Source: Deltaproteobacteria bacterium (GTDB taxonomy: Bacteria; Desulfobacterota; Deferrimicrobia; Deferrimicrobiales; Deferrimicrobiaceae). Taken from it: a stretch of DNA of 64,000 bases. The notes under the pieces were generated by a model. It was not told the origin of the DNA, searched no databases, and saw only the letters and a program-made list of their open reading frames with translations. Position numbers and translations under genes: made by a program. Location: contig JBLNEW010000043.1 of the NCBI GenBank assembly GCA_050263095.1, positions 986-64,985 of the forward strand. Direction: 5' to 3'. This document shows, one piece after another, positions 63,712 to 64,000 of the stretch. Numbering within the stretch: the stretch's first letter is position 1; every line of letters begins with the position of its first letter.

Positions 63712-64000
63712 ATGAAAAAAAACGCGGCATTGTTCCTCGCAGGGCTCCTCTGCGCGACGGTTTCGTCCACGGCGCTGGGGGCGGATCCGTACGACAGGTA
63801 TGAACGGCGCAGGGAAATCCCTCCACCGCCGCGCGCCGCCGGCGCGCCGCCTCCGCAGCACGCCGTATACGGACAGCCGTATTTCTTCGGGCACATCGGC
63901 CTCTTCGATCCGAACGACAGCGCAACCGGCCTGAGGGGCTACGATTCAGGAGGCAGCTTCGATCTCGGCATCGGGTCGCGCGTATCGCCGATCTTGGCAG
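63712..64000 (+). CDS. Exported protein, probably outer-membrane beta-barrel (partial, runs off window)
   Basis: SD AGGAGGAGG; MKKNAALFLAGLLCATVSSTALG signal peptide; Pro-rich linker; QPYFFGHIGLFDP...FDLGIGSRVSP. Confidence 0.6.
   Translation, partial: MKKNAALFLAGLLCATVSSTALGADPYDRYERRREIPPPPRAAGAPPPQHAVYGQPYFFGHIGLFDPNDSATGLRGYDSGGSFDLGIGSRVSPILA

Overview
GC-rich bacterial chromosomal segment with dense housekeeping and energy-metabolism genes; no rRNA, tRNA, CRISPR array, transposase or integrase was recognised. Gene content (A2-type caa3 oxidase, 2-oxoacid:ferredoxin oxidoreductase, multiheme cytochrome, several sigma54 promoters) suggests a deltaproteobacteria-like organism, possibly Ca. 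Deferrimicrobiaceae/MBNT15; this is inference only. Left to right: enoyl-CoA hydratase (partial), pntA1A2B, a Crp/Fnr island at 4.9-13 kb, sco-coxBACD-ctaA-ctaB, pfkB kinase, Clp ATPase, NHL lipoprotein, korAB-like, rmuC, fliA/enhancer-binding protein (EBP)/flgM, hisC, aminotransferase, GNAT-mshA-like-ino1, malic enzyme, pentaheme cytochrome, plsY, lemA-TPM, glnB-glnA, tolC-NHL, wHTH, lgt-lspA-ileS-PBP1b-aroF. Best candidates for undescribed biology: (1) two paralogous Crp/Fnr regulators with seven TGTGA-N6-TCACA-like boxes, several in class II promoter geometry, ahead of a family of small membrane proteins that all end in an ssrA-like -AA tail; (2) a ~100-nt sigma54-type sRNA candidate with anti-Shine-Dalgarno loops; (3) an isolated FleQ-like EBP/FliA/short FlgM module plus a candidate sigma28 promoter before korAB; (4) an Ino1 + MshA-like + GNAT + Zn-ribbon cluster resembling early mycothiol synthesis; (5) an AT-rich region with a 77-bp palindrome and five tandem 24-25-bp sites ahead of a stand-alone wHTH gene. 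All calls were made by eye from sequence motifs; no database search was run.
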